DNA of 64,000 nucleotides, from the NCBI GenBank assembly GCA_051859245.1, contig JBHYGA010000001.1, positions 1,501,722 to 1,565,721 of the forward strand. The letters are read 5' to 3'. Source of the stretch: Gemmatimonadaceae bacterium (lineage in GTDB: Bacteria; Gemmatimonadota; Gemmatimonadetes; Gemmatimonadales; Gemmatimonadaceae). Position 1 is the first letter of the stretch; the number at the start of each line of letters is the position of its first letter. The translations under genes and the position numbers were made by a program. A model generated the notes under the pieces. The model was not told the DNA's origin. It did no database searches and saw nothing but the letters and a program-made list of their open reading frames with translations. Of this stretch, positions 48,801 to 57,169 are shown one piece after another.

Positions 48801-51331
48801 GTGGCGGTATGGAGTTCGCCCTCGCGTGTCATGTTCGGATCGCGGAACAGAAAGCACTGTTCGGACAGCCGGAGATTCGTTTGAATCTGCTGCCTGGTTA
48901 CGGCGGCACGCAGCGACTCACACGGTTACTCGCTGATCGTGATGGAATGGAAGGCGTTGTCCAGGCAGTGGAGATGCTCGTGGGCGGGCGCACCATCACC
49001 GCGCGCGAGGCCGCAGACATTGGTGTCGTCGACGAAGTGGTTACCGATGCGCAGGATGTCGTGGCGCATGCATCGGCCCTCGTGCGTGACTACATCGCCG
49101 ACCGCGAACAGAGCAAACTTGGCAAGGCATTTCGCCACGTACGCGAACGACGCGAAGCGTGGGAGAAGCCTGGCGCGCTTGATGTGCGCCAGGCGTTCGC
49201 GTTGCCACCTGTGGTGCGGTTGCTGGAGCAAGCCGAACGTGTCGGTCGCGCTGCGCATGTTGCGCGCGTGCTTGATGCCGTCGAAACGGGATGGCGTGAA
49301 GGGCTGGTCTCCGGCCTCGCACATGAAGCGAAGCTGTTTGCATCCGCGGTGGTCGATCCTGAAGCAGGCAAGGCAGGCATTCGCGCGTTCTTCGATCGCG
49401 CCAGTGCGCCGCTCCCCGTGCGACGCGGTGCGATTGTTGATGCGGCCCAGGAAGCCGAACTCGCCGCCCGAGGGGACTTGTTACCGGTTGGTGCCCCGTT
49501 CTTCCCGGGGCTCACCGCCATTCCCACCTGGCAGTACGGTCTTGGTGTCATCAAAGACCCGCACACTGGCGCACCGCGACATGGTGAGCCGGCCCAGGTT
49601 GAACAGCAGGTGGTTGTGCCGGTAGAAACACCGGGTCCGAATGACGTGCTGCTCTACGTCCTCGCGTCTGAAGTGAACTTCAACGACATCTGGGCGATTA
49701 CGGGCATTCCCGTGTCGCCGTTTGATTCCCACGATCGTGATGTACAAGTCACCGGTTCCGGCGGCGTTGGACTGGTGGCATCAATCGGCGACGCGGTGAA
49801 AGCCGAAGGACGCGTGCGTGTTGGCGATCTTGTCACGATCTACTCGGGGCAGAGCAGTTTGCTGTCACCGCTCGCCGGTCGTGATCCAATGTCGGCTGAC
49901 TTCCGCATTCAGGGCTACGAAACGTTTGAAGGCAGTCACCAACAGTTTCTGTTGGTGCAGGCGCCGCAGTGTCATCCGCTGCCGCCCGATGTCACGTTGG
50001 AAGCAGCCGGTTCGTACATCTTGAATCTCGGCACCATCATTCGTGCGCTGTTTACCACGCTGCAAATCACTGGCGGCCGCACGATGTTCGTCGAAGGTGC
50101 GGCCACGGGCACCGGGCTTGAAGCGCTCAAGACCGCCGTCGCGCATGGTCTGAAGGTCACCGGACTCGTCTCGAGCGAAGACCGTGCACACACCGTGAAG
50201 TCCTTCGGTGCAACGGGCGCGATCAACCGCCGAAGCGCAGGCATTTCGGACTGCTTCACGATGGTACCCGGCGACGCCGCGTCGATCGCCAGGTGGGAAG
50301 CCGCCGGACAACCGTTGCTCGAAGCGTTCCGCGCGCAACACGATGGAAAGCTCGCAGACTACGTTGTCTCGCACGCCGGTGAACAGTCGTTTCCGCGCAG
50401 CGTGCAACTGCTGGCCGACGGCGGCTCCCTTGCCTTCTACGGAGCGTCTACCGGCTACCATTTCACCTTTGCGGGCAAGCCAGGCGCAGTGAGTGTGAAC
50501 ACGATGTACGAACGCGCTGGCCTTGTGGCCGGTGAAGCCGTGCTCGTGTACTACGGACCTGGGCTCGCCGCTGACGCATTGGTCGACGCCATCGGCATTG
50601 AAGCCATTGAGGCTGCGGCCGCACGACGCGCACGCATTGCGGTAGTGTGTTACACCGACGCGCAACGCGAGTTTGTGCGTTCGCTTGGCTTTGGCGATCA
50701 ACTCGCTGGCGTCGTCGCGCTTGATGAACTGCGCCGCCGCGCGAGTATGGAGTTCGATTGGCCGAGTACGATGCCGCCGCTGCCAGATGTTCGACGCGAC
50801 TCCATCGCATTCAAGGAAGCAGTGCGCGCATTTCAGGAGCGCACGATCAAGCCGCTTGGCCAGGCCGTGGGCAAACTGCTGCGTTCCTCCGACAATCCGC
50901 GTGGTGCGCCCGACCTGATCTTCGAACGTGCGGCACACGATGCCCTCGCCGCGTCCACCGCATTGGTGCAACCGTTCAGTGGCCGCATTGTGTACGCAGA
51001 AGACATGCACCACAAGCGATACAGTTTTTACGCCCCACAAGTCTGGATGCGTCAGCGACGCATTCTGCTCCCCACGTGCAGCATTCTCGGCACTCATCTC
51101 TGCAACGCCTACGAGGTTGTCCGCATGAATCAGATGCTCGCCGCAGGTCAACTCGACGTTACGGCACCGACGGTAGTGCCGTGGAATGACTTGCCGGAAG
51201 CGCATCAGGCCATGTGGGAGAATCGCCACACGGGTGCGACATACGTGGTGAATCACGCGTTGCCCGCGACCGGACTACGATCGCGCGATGAACTGTACGA
51301 GGCGTGGGCCTCAGGGAGCGCCAACGTATGA
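45845..51331 (+). CDS. pcs: Trifunctional propionyl-CoA synthase (3-hydroxypropionyl-CoA synthetase / dehydratase / acrylyl-CoA reductase)
   Basis: 1828 aa: ACS domain (YTSGSTGKPKG, YWATEHG, GRSDDVINVSGHR, PETRSGK), crotonase domain (FVAGADI, GGGMEF, QPEI, PGYGGTQRL) and Ccr-like MDR reductase (SEVNFNDIW, GAATGTG, VWMRQRRI, GTH). Confidence 0.93.
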   Translation: MAASGETIGLAAVTPPEPLRNALRTREDWEAARAACEADPGRYHGDIAAHTLHWFDASLGEHGAWITHDEHTGVWSGWDAHTLQPVAPSRDAAWRPWTRALNDDDAPWYRWFEGALTNAGFNEVDRHVLAGHGEEPAFLVEGDRWDQSRDNGRGAPVVSYPISRKGLLVDVAKAALALRALGLKTGDRIALNLPNIPQQIAWTEAAKRLGILYTPVFGGFSDKTLADRIHDAGARVVITADGGWRNAQIIPFKAAYTDPALDQYIAADRAVHVVRDALGALSLDAAQVELIARSAAEAVAGEITVERRDAMRGVGRALLSLTESGALNASDASRVRTAVARALVDAGSAVERVVVVKYTAQADVPWRAGRDVWEDELLAPASAALLEAARALGHRVSTEAELRELSDTDLVRVVWSVVPPVPVDSEFPLFFIYTSGSTGKPKGVVHVHGGWTAGIAHTMRIAFDAQPGDVMYVVADPGWITGQSYMISAALTTRTTSVLAEGAPVFPSAGRFASIIERYNVRIFKAGVTFLKSVMQDPQNAEDVQRYDVSSLRVATFCAEPTSPTVQEFGMSLLTPWYINSYWATEHGGIVWTHFFGNGDFPLRADAHTYPLPWVMGDVWLADGVPDADGRFAPRVADEGEKGEVVITAPYPYLARTIWGDVGSFTVDGHSVSSSWRGDIDRYRATYWSRWQGRWAYTQGDFAVRYPDGGFSLHGRSDDVINVSGHRMGTEEIEGAILRDKQLNADSPIGNVIVVGAPHREKGLTPLAFVTIAPGRRLTADDRRRLIELVRQEKGAVAVPEDFLEVSAFPETRSGKYVRRLLRALVEDQPQGDLSTLRNPECVPALQRVIGEWKARQRVRESQRILEHGRYFRVQYHTVAQVHGESVRMALVTVTNAPVNALNERALDELVTVVEHLSRRKDVAAVVFTGEGTSSFVAGADIRQLLEDVHTVEEAVTLPNVAHLAFRTIERMNKPCIAAINGVALGGGMEFALACHVRIAEQKALFGQPEIRLNLLPGYGGTQRLTRLLADRDGMEGVVQAVEMLVGGRTITAREAADIGVVDEVVTDAQDVVAHASALVRDYIADREQSKLGKAFRHVRERREAWEKPGALDVRQAFALPPVVRLLEQAERVGRAAHVARVLDAVETGWREGLVSGLAHEAKLFASAVVDPEAGKAGIRAFFDRASAPLPVRRGAIVDAAQEAELAARGDLLPVGAPFFPGLTAIPTWQYGLGVIKDPHTGAPRHGEPAQVEQQVVVPVETPGPNDVLLYVLASEVNFNDIWAITGIPVSPFDSHDRDVQVTGSGGVGLVASIGDAVKAEGRVRVGDLVTIYSGQSSLLSPLAGRDPMSADFRIQGYETFEGSHQQFLLVQAPQCHPLPPDVTLEAAGSYILNLGTIIRALFTTLQITGGRTMFVEGAATGTGLEALKTAVAHGLKVTGLVSSEDRAHTVKSFGATGAINRRSAGISDCFTMVPGDAASIARWEAAGQPLLEAFRAQHDGKLADYVVSHAGEQSFPRSVQLLADGGSLAFYGASTGYHFTFAGKPGAVSVNTMYERAGLVAGEAVLVYYGPGLAADALVDAIGIEAIEAAAARRARIAVVCYTDAQREFVRSLGFGDQLAGVVALDELRRRASMEFDWPSTMPPLPDVRRDSIAFKEAVRAFQERTIKPLGQAVGKLLRSSDNPRGAPDLIFERAAHDALAASTALVQPFSGRIVYAEDMHHKRYSFYAPQVWMRQRRILLPTCSILGTHLCNAYEVVRMNQMLAAGQLDVTAPTVVPWNDLPEAHQAMWENRHTGATYVVNHALPATGLRSRDELYEAWASGSANV

Positions 51332-54300
51332 GCGACACCACAGCAACGGCCGCTGACCGACGCCGAGCGCCACGCGGTCGACTGGCGGGAAGAGTCGTGC
51401 TGCTCACCGGTGCCGCCGGCAACATCGGAACGCAGATTTCACGGCAGCTACTGCGAGAAGGCGCAACGCTTGTCATGAGCGGCCGGGATCAGGCACGCCT
51501 CGACGCCGCGAAGGCCGCGCTGCGTGAAGAGTTGCACGTACCGGCCACGCGAATACTCACGGTGGTAATGGACGGCGCCGAGCCTGGACAGGTGCGTGTC
51601 GGCGTTGAGCAGGTGATGGCCAAAGCGGGACGCATCGATGTACTCGTGAACAACGCGGGTTCGGCTGGACCAAAGTGTCGACTGCGCGATGTACCGTTCA
51701 CCGCCGGTGAGCTTGAAGCGCTGGCCGAAGTTGGTGTGCACGAGAAGGAAACGGTGAGCGCGGCGGCGCGCAATTTGTTTGGCATTGCGTGGAATCTCGT
51801 GCGTGCCTGCGTGCCGCACATGAAGCCTGGCAGCACCATCATCAACGTCTCCACCATCTTCTCTCGCACGCAGTACTACGGACGCTCGGCGTACGTTGTG
51901 CCCAAGGCGGCCCTGAACAGCTTCTCCAAGCAGCTCGCGGCCGAGGTTGGACCACTCGGCATTCGCGTGAATACCGTCTTCCCTGGGCCGATTCGCTCGG
52001 AGCGAATTCGCACGGTGTTCTCAGCCATGGACAAGTTGCGTCATGCGGAGGACGGCACCACCGCGCGAGAAAACTTCGATCTCATGACACTCGCGCGCTC
52101 GGTGAATGGCGAACCACCGGAGCGAACGTTCCCGAGCGTTGAAGACGTTGCGAACACGATCGTGTTCCTGTCGTCTGACGAATCCGCGGCGTACAACGGG
52201 CACAATTTCGAAGTCACGCACGGCATGCGCGTGCGTCAGGAGTCTCGCAGTACATGGGTCTCACGTCCTGAACTGCGGACTGTCGATGGGTCCGGCGTGC
52301 GCGTCTTGCTGGCCGCTGGTGATCAGGTCAAGGACGCGCTCACCGTGGCACGCGTGCAGGCCGGTTGTGGTGCCGAAGTCGTACTCGGACTCGGCTCCGA
52401 GGAAGGCGTGCAGGCGGCGCAGGAAGCGCTCGGCGCCAATCCGGGAGACGAACGCATTCGCCCGGTACTGCTGGATCGCATGCGCCCTGAAACGGTGGAC
52501 AGCCTCTTCGAAACGCTGCGCCATGAAGACGCGCTCGTGCACGGGGCGATCATCATGCCGGCGTTTGGCGCGTGGCGCTTTCGCGGTCGGTTCACGGATG
52601 CATCAGACAGCGACGTCTCCACGTTCATTGACGGTGAAATCGCGGGCACCATGTTGCTGGCACGTGCACTGACGGTGTTCTGGAAGGATGTGGAGCACGA
52701 GCTCAGCATGCCGCCGAGCATTGCGTTCGTCACGAACGGTGACGATGGAGCGGGGAACAACTACGCCGACGTACTGCGCGCGGCGACGGAAGAGTTGTGT
52801 CGCGTCTGGCGTGATGAAACCGAGGTACAACAGGCATCAGGCGAGCGTCGTTTCGAAGAGTGGTCGAACCAGATCATTCGCTGGGGGAATCGCGAGCCAG
52901 AAGAGGTGCCATTCGCGGCGGGACAGGCCGCGCGGTTGCTGTACACGCGGCGTCGAATTCGTCAGGTGAATCTCTATCTGCCGCTGTCGATCGTACGCGC
53001 CACCGGATCACGTCGCTCGTCGTTCGGGTGGATGGAGAACGTGATGGGGCTGCACCTCGGCAAGGTTGCGCTCATCACGGGCGGTAGTGCGGGTATTGGT
53101 GGTCAGTTGGCGCGGCTGCTCGCCATTGGTGGCGCGCGCGTCATGCTCGTGGCGCGACGCGCTGATCAGCTCAAGGAAATGCGCGACGGCATTGTGACCG
53201 AACTGGAAGATATCGGCTACTACGACGCGCCCGATCGCGTGCAATGCGTGGCCGATGTTGATGTCGCCGATGAGGCGAGTCTGCGCCGCGCGGTTGACGA
53301 AACACTCGCCGCGTTCGGGCGCGTGGATTATCTGGTCAACAACGCCGGCGTGGCTGGCGCGGAACAGATGGTTGTGGACATGGACGTCGAAACGTGGCGA
53401 AACACGCTGAACGCGAATCTCGTGTCGAACTATTCGTTGATCGAGAAGATTGTCCCGATCATGAAGCGGCAGGGCAGTGGATACATTCTCAACGTATCTT
53501 CGTATTTTGGTGGCGAGAAGTACATCGCGGTTCCGTATCCCAATCGGGCGGACTACGCCGTCTCCAAGGCGGGTCAGCGCGCGCTTACCGAGAATCTTGC
53601 CCGGTTTGTCGGGCCGGAGATTCAGGTGAATGCGATTGCGCCGGGTCCGGTTGATGGTGATCGACTGCGCGGAGTTGGTGGCAAACCCGGTCTCTTCGAG
53701 CGTCGTGGCAAGCTCATTCTTGAGAATCGTCGACTGAACGCAGTGTACAAGGCGGTCATCGATGCGCTGCGCGGCGGCGCGCTCGTCACCAACGTGCTCG
53801 CGCTTGTGCAAGGCAACGATGTAGACGCCATCGCCACCGACGAAAGCGCGCCAGCCGCACTTCGCAAACTCGCCGAGAGTATTCGCGCGGAATCACTTGC
53901 GGCCGACACTGAAGCCAGCTCCGGCCGTTTTCTCATGACGCGGAGCATCGCACAGCGTCTCGTCGCGCGGTTGCGCCTCGGCGGGCGCTTTCTCGCATTG
54001 CCGGCGGATGCACCGCAGTATGGCGACGAGTGGATCCTCGCGATTCCCGACGCGGTGGAGCCGTTTATCGATCGCGATCAGATCAAGCGCGAAGCGAGCA
54101 AAATCGGCAAGGGAGTGCTGAGCATGCTGCACTTGCGCAACATGCCGGGCGAGCTCGAGGTCGCACTTGCCACGGTGTACTTTCTCGCGGACCGCGCTGT
54201 TTCCGGAGAGACGTTCCAGCCGTCGGGAGGTTTGCATCAGGAGCGCACCATCACCGAGCGAGAACTGTTTGGCCGTGCCAAGCCCGAGCGCATTGCGCGG

Positions 54301-55026
54301 ATGGCGCAGCAAACGATCTGGCTGGTGGGCGACTACCTGTATCCGCATCTCGCGCGCGCGGCTCGCCTGGCGCTGGAGTACAGCCATGTCGGCCGCATCA
54401 TGCTGCTCACACGCACACCCGAGGCGGCGGCGCAAACCCAGGACTTGCTCCGTATTGTGCTCGGCAATGAACGGGTGCACAGCATTGTGGTGGGTGATGA
54501 TCTCGACGCGGGCATGGACGAGGCACTGCGTGTGGGCGGACAGCCGGCCGCTGTTGTATCAACGCCGTTCGAGCCACTCCCGCGAGAACTCTTCAATGCC
54601 GATGGGTCTGCGGCGCTCGATGCGGCGGGCTTTGCGTCGCTTGTTGAGGAGCACCTGACCCATCACTTCCGCGTGGCGCGCAAAGTGTCGTTGTTTGACG
54701 ACGTGCGTTTGGTACTCGTGTCGCCAGACGTACCGGTGCATCCAACGCACGCCGAGTTCGCCCTGGCAAACTTTGTGAAAACCACCTTGCACGCGCTCAC
54801 CGCCACTCTCGGCGTGGAGAACGAGCGTCTGGTGCACAACGTGCCGGTCAACCAGATCAACCTCACGCGTCGTGTGCGCTCGGAAGAGCCGCGTGACGCC
54901 CGTGAGCAGGCAGAAGAACAGGAGCGCTTTGCCCACGCCGTGTTGCTTGCCAGCGCCCCGTTGCCAGACCAGGAAGACAGCCGATATCGGTCGCGAATCT
55001 ATCGCGGTCTCGCGATCACGGTGTGA
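51328..55026 (+). CDS. mcr: Bifunctional malonyl-CoA reductase (3-hydroxypropionate-forming)
   Basis: About 1232 aa with two SDR domains (TGAAGNIG...NNAGSAGP...YYGRSAYVVPK; TGGSAGIG...NNAG...SSYFGGEK...YPNRADYAVSK) and C-terminus RIYRGLAITV, as in Chloroflexus-type Mcr; ATGA overlap with pcs. Confidence 0.93.
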   Translation: MSDTTATAADRRRAPRGRLAGRVVLLTGAAGNIGTQISRQLLREGATLVMSGRDQARLDAAKAALREELHVPATRILTVVMDGAEPGQVRVGVEQVMAKAGRIDVLVNNAGSAGPKCRLRDVPFTAGELEALAEVGVHEKETVSAAARNLFGIAWNLVRACVPHMKPGSTIINVSTIFSRTQYYGRSAYVVPKAALNSFSKQLAAEVGPLGIRVNTVFPGPIRSERIRTVFSAMDKLRHAEDGTTARENFDLMTLARSVNGEPPERTFPSVEDVANTIVFLSSDESAAYNGHNFEVTHGMRVRQESRSTWVSRPELRTVDGSGVRVLLAAGDQVKDALTVARVQAGCGAEVVLGLGSEEGVQAAQEALGANPGDERIRPVLLDRMRPETVDSLFETLRHEDALVHGAIIMPAFGAWRFRGRFTDASDSDVSTFIDGEIAGTMLLARALTVFWKDVEHELSMPPSIAFVTNGDDGAGNNYADVLRAATEELCRVWRDETEVQQASGERRFEEWSNQIIRWGNREPEEVPFAAGQAARLLYTRRRIRQVNLYLPLSIVRATGSRRSSFGWMENVMGLHLGKVALITGGSAGIGGQLARLLAIGGARVMLVARRADQLKEMRDGIVTELEDIGYYDAPDRVQCVADVDVADEASLRRAVDETLAAFGRVDYLVNNAGVAGAEQMVVDMDVETWRNTLNANLVSNYSLIEKIVPIMKRQGSGYILNVSSYFGGEKYIAVPYPNRADYAVSKAGQRALTENLARFVGPEIQVNAIAPGPVDGDRLRGVGGKPGLFERRGKLILENRRLNAVYKAVIDALRGGALVTNVLALVQGNDVDAIATDESAPAALRKLAESIRAESLAADTEASSGRFLMTRSIAQRLVARLRLGGRFLALPADAPQYGDEWILAIPDAVEPFIDRDQIKREASKIGKGVLSMLHLRNMPGELEVALATVYFLADRAVSGETFQPSGGLHQERTITERELFGRAKPERIARMAQQTIWLVGDYLYPHLARAARLALEYSHVGRIMLLTRTPEAAAQTQDLLRIVLGNERVHSIVVGDDLDAGMDEALRVGGQPAAVVSTPFEPLPRELFNADGSAALDAAGFASLVEEHLTHHFRVARKVSLFDDVRLVLVSPDVPVHPTHAEFALANFVKTTLHALTATLGVENERLVHNVPVNQINLTRRVRSEEPRDAREQAEEQERFAHAVLLASAPLPDQEDSRYRSRIYRGLAITV

Positions 55027-55088
55027 GGGAAAAAACCACGTAGTTTTCGGGGCGTTGCGAGGCTTGCCAAGGCATTACTTTACGCCTC

Positions 55089-56084
55089 ATGACAGACGTC
55101 GTTGCACTCGCCACTGAATTGCTTTCCATCGACTCGTCCACCGGCCGCGAACGCGAGGCGGTGGACGTGGTTGGCCGCTGGCTCGTTGCCCGGGGGTGGA
55201 ACGTCACCCTGCAGGAAGTCGAGCCCGGTCGCAGTAATGTCTGGGCCACCCGTGCGGGGGGCGGAGTCACGCTCTCCACGCACCTGGATACCGTTCCGCC
55301 CTATATCGCGCCGCGGCTCGATGACGGCCGGCTGTACGGTCGCGGCGCCTGCGACGCCAAGGGCATTGCCGCGGCTATGCTTGTGGCCGCGCAGCAGCTC
55401 GCGGACTCCGGCGAAGAGCGTGTTGACCTGCTCTTTGTGGTCGGCGAAGAAAAGGGGTCTCCGGGTGCTCGCGCGGCCAACCGGTTGCCCGCCACCAGCA
55501 AGTGGCTGGTGAACGGCGAGCCCACCGAAAGCAAGCTGGCATCCGGCGCGAAAGGCGCGCAGCGCGTGATTGTGCGTGTGCGCGGACGCGAAGCGCATTC
55601 GGCGTACCCTGAGTTTGGCAGCAGTGCCCTCGATCCGTTGCTCGCGCTGTTGCCGCAAGTGCGCGATCTGCCGCTGCCGAGTGATCCGGTGCTCGGCATG
55701 ACCACGAGCAACATTGGTGTACTGCGCGCCGGTACCGAAGCGAACGTTATTCCTGGCCTCGCCGAGGCGGAAATCATGATTCGGCTCGTTGGCGACATCG
55801 CGCCGGTCAAGCAGGTCTTTGAAGACTGGGCCAAGGGCCGCGCCGAGTTGGAATGGGGCTCGTTCATTCCGGCGCAGCGCTTTCATACGATCGAAGGATT
55901 TGACGTGGCACCGGTCGCATTCACCACCGATATCCCCCTGCTGAATCGTTGGGGCACGCCATTGTTGTTTGGACCCGGCTCCATTCACGTGGCGCACACG
56001 CCAGACGAACACATTGCCGTGTCTGAGTTGCGCGACGCGGTATCGGCCTACGTGCGCATTGTGGAGGCACTGCTCGCAACATGA
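55089..56084 (+). CDS. M20 family metallo-hydrolase (ArgE/DapE-like)
   Basis: THLDTV, GRGACDAKG, GEE, NGEPT, AHT.DE; first gene of the asd-dap cluster. Confidence 0.9.
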   Translation: MTDVVALATELLSIDSSTGREREAVDVVGRWLVARGWNVTLQEVEPGRSNVWATRAGGGVTLSTHLDTVPPYIAPRLDDGRLYGRGACDAKGIAAAMLVAAQQLADSGEERVDLLFVVGEEKGSPGARAANRLPATSKWLVNGEPTESKLASGAKGAQRVIVRVRGREAHSAYPEFGSSALDPLLALLPQVRDLPLPSDPVLGMTTSNIGVLRAGTEANVIPGLAEAEIMIRLVGDIAPVKQVFEDWAKGRAELEWGSFIPAQRFHTIEGFDVAPVAFTTDIPLLNRWGTPLLFGPGSIHVAHTPDEHIAVSELRDAVSAYVRIVEALLAT

Positions 56085-57169
56085 ACACGCCTCACAAAAT
56101 TCCGGTTGCGATTCTCGGCGCGACGGGCGCTGTTGGCCAGGCGTTCATTCGTCATCTGACCGGGCATCCGTGGTTTGACATCGCGGAGGTGGCCGCGTCG
56201 GAGCGTTCGGCCGGCCGTTCGTATCGCGACGCCGCGCGTTGGCTGGAAGGCGTTTTGCCGGATCACGTAGCGGAACTCACGGTGCAAGCGTGTACGCCGT
56301 CGCAGATCACGTCGCCCATTGTATTCTCCGCGCTCGATGCAGGTGTGGCTGGCGAGGTGGAAGCCGATTTTGCGCGCGCCGGAAGACTCGTGCTCTCCAA
56401 CGCAAAGAACTATCGCATGGAAGCCGATGTGCCGCTCGTGATTCCCGAGGTGAATGGAGATCATCTCGGACTGCTCGCCACGCAACAGTTGGTGCGCGGT
56501 TGGAGCGGTGCCATCGTCACCAACGCCAACTGTGCCGTGACAGTCATGGCGGCGGCACTCGCGCCGCTGCATGAGCTGTACACGGTACAGAAGGTGGTCG
56601 CCGTTACCATGCAGGCGATTTCCGGCGCGGGATATCCGGGTGTGCCGTCGCTGGATATTCTGGGCAACGTGATTCCGTACATCGGCGACGAAGAGCCCAA
56701 GATCGAGCGCGAACTCGGCAAGCTGCTCGGTCGATTCAGCGACAACCGAATCGTCGCCGCGCCCATTGCGGTGAGCGCGCACGCCAATCGTGTGCCGGTC
56801 GAACACGGTCACACAGTGTGTCTCACCGTCGGATTCGAAACAGCGCCCACGGTACACGAGGCGTTGGAGGTTCTGCGCAACTGGCGCGGACACGCCGCGG
56901 TGCAGGGACTACCGTCGGCACCATTTCCCGCGATTGACGTTCGCGAGGAGCTTGATCGTCCGCAACCGCGGCGCGACGCGGGCAATGGTCGTGGCATGAC
57001 GATCAGCGTGGGCCGCGTGCGTGAAGACGCCGTGATGGATCTTCGCATGGTCGCCATGGCGCACAACGTGGTGCGTGGAGCAGCCGGCGGCTCTGTGCTC
57101 AATGCTGAACTGTTGCTGTCGAATGGTTTGCTTGATCGTGCAACGGGTGCGTTGCGAGTCGGTTCGTGA
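56081..57169 (+). CDS. asd: Aspartate-semialdehyde dehydrogenase (archaeal/eukaryote-like type)
   Basis: LGATGAVGQ, PLVIPEVN, NANC, QAISGAGYPGV, RVPVEHGH, HNVVRGAAG. Confidence 0.95.
   Translation: MNTPHKIPVAILGATGAVGQAFIRHLTGHPWFDIAEVAASERSAGRSYRDAARWLEGVLPDHVAELTVQACTPSQITSPIVFSALDAGVAGEVEADFARAGRLVLSNAKNYRMEADVPLVIPEVNGDHLGLLATQQLVRGWSGAIVTNANCAVTVMAAALAPLHELYTVQKVVAVTMQAISGAGYPGVPSLDILGNVIPYIGDEEPKIERELGKLLGRFSDNRIVAAPIAVSAHANRVPVEHGHTVCLTVGFETAPTVHEALEVLRNWRGHAAVQGLPSAPFPAIDVREELDRPQPRRDAGNGRGMTISVGRVREDAVMDLRMVAMAHNVVRGAAGGSVLNAELLLSNGLLDRATGALRVGS

Noticed and set aside
49865..51256. 463-aa minus-strand ORF inside pcs
   Set aside because: Antisense shadow with no recognisable domain. 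The same applies to 37753-39015, 12223-13290, 15347-16336 and 9250-10191.
45845..55026. Reading pcs-mcr as an NRPS/PKS cluster
   Set aside because: No carrier, condensation or ketosynthase domains; architecture matches Pcs and Mcr.
45845..55026. Claim of proven autotrophy
   Set aside because: Carboxylases and the glyoxylate-assimilation genes (mcl, mch, mct, meh) are not in this window.
45508..55088. Active integrative element at the tRNAs
   Set aside because: No integrase or transposase, and no att-like direct repeat seen.
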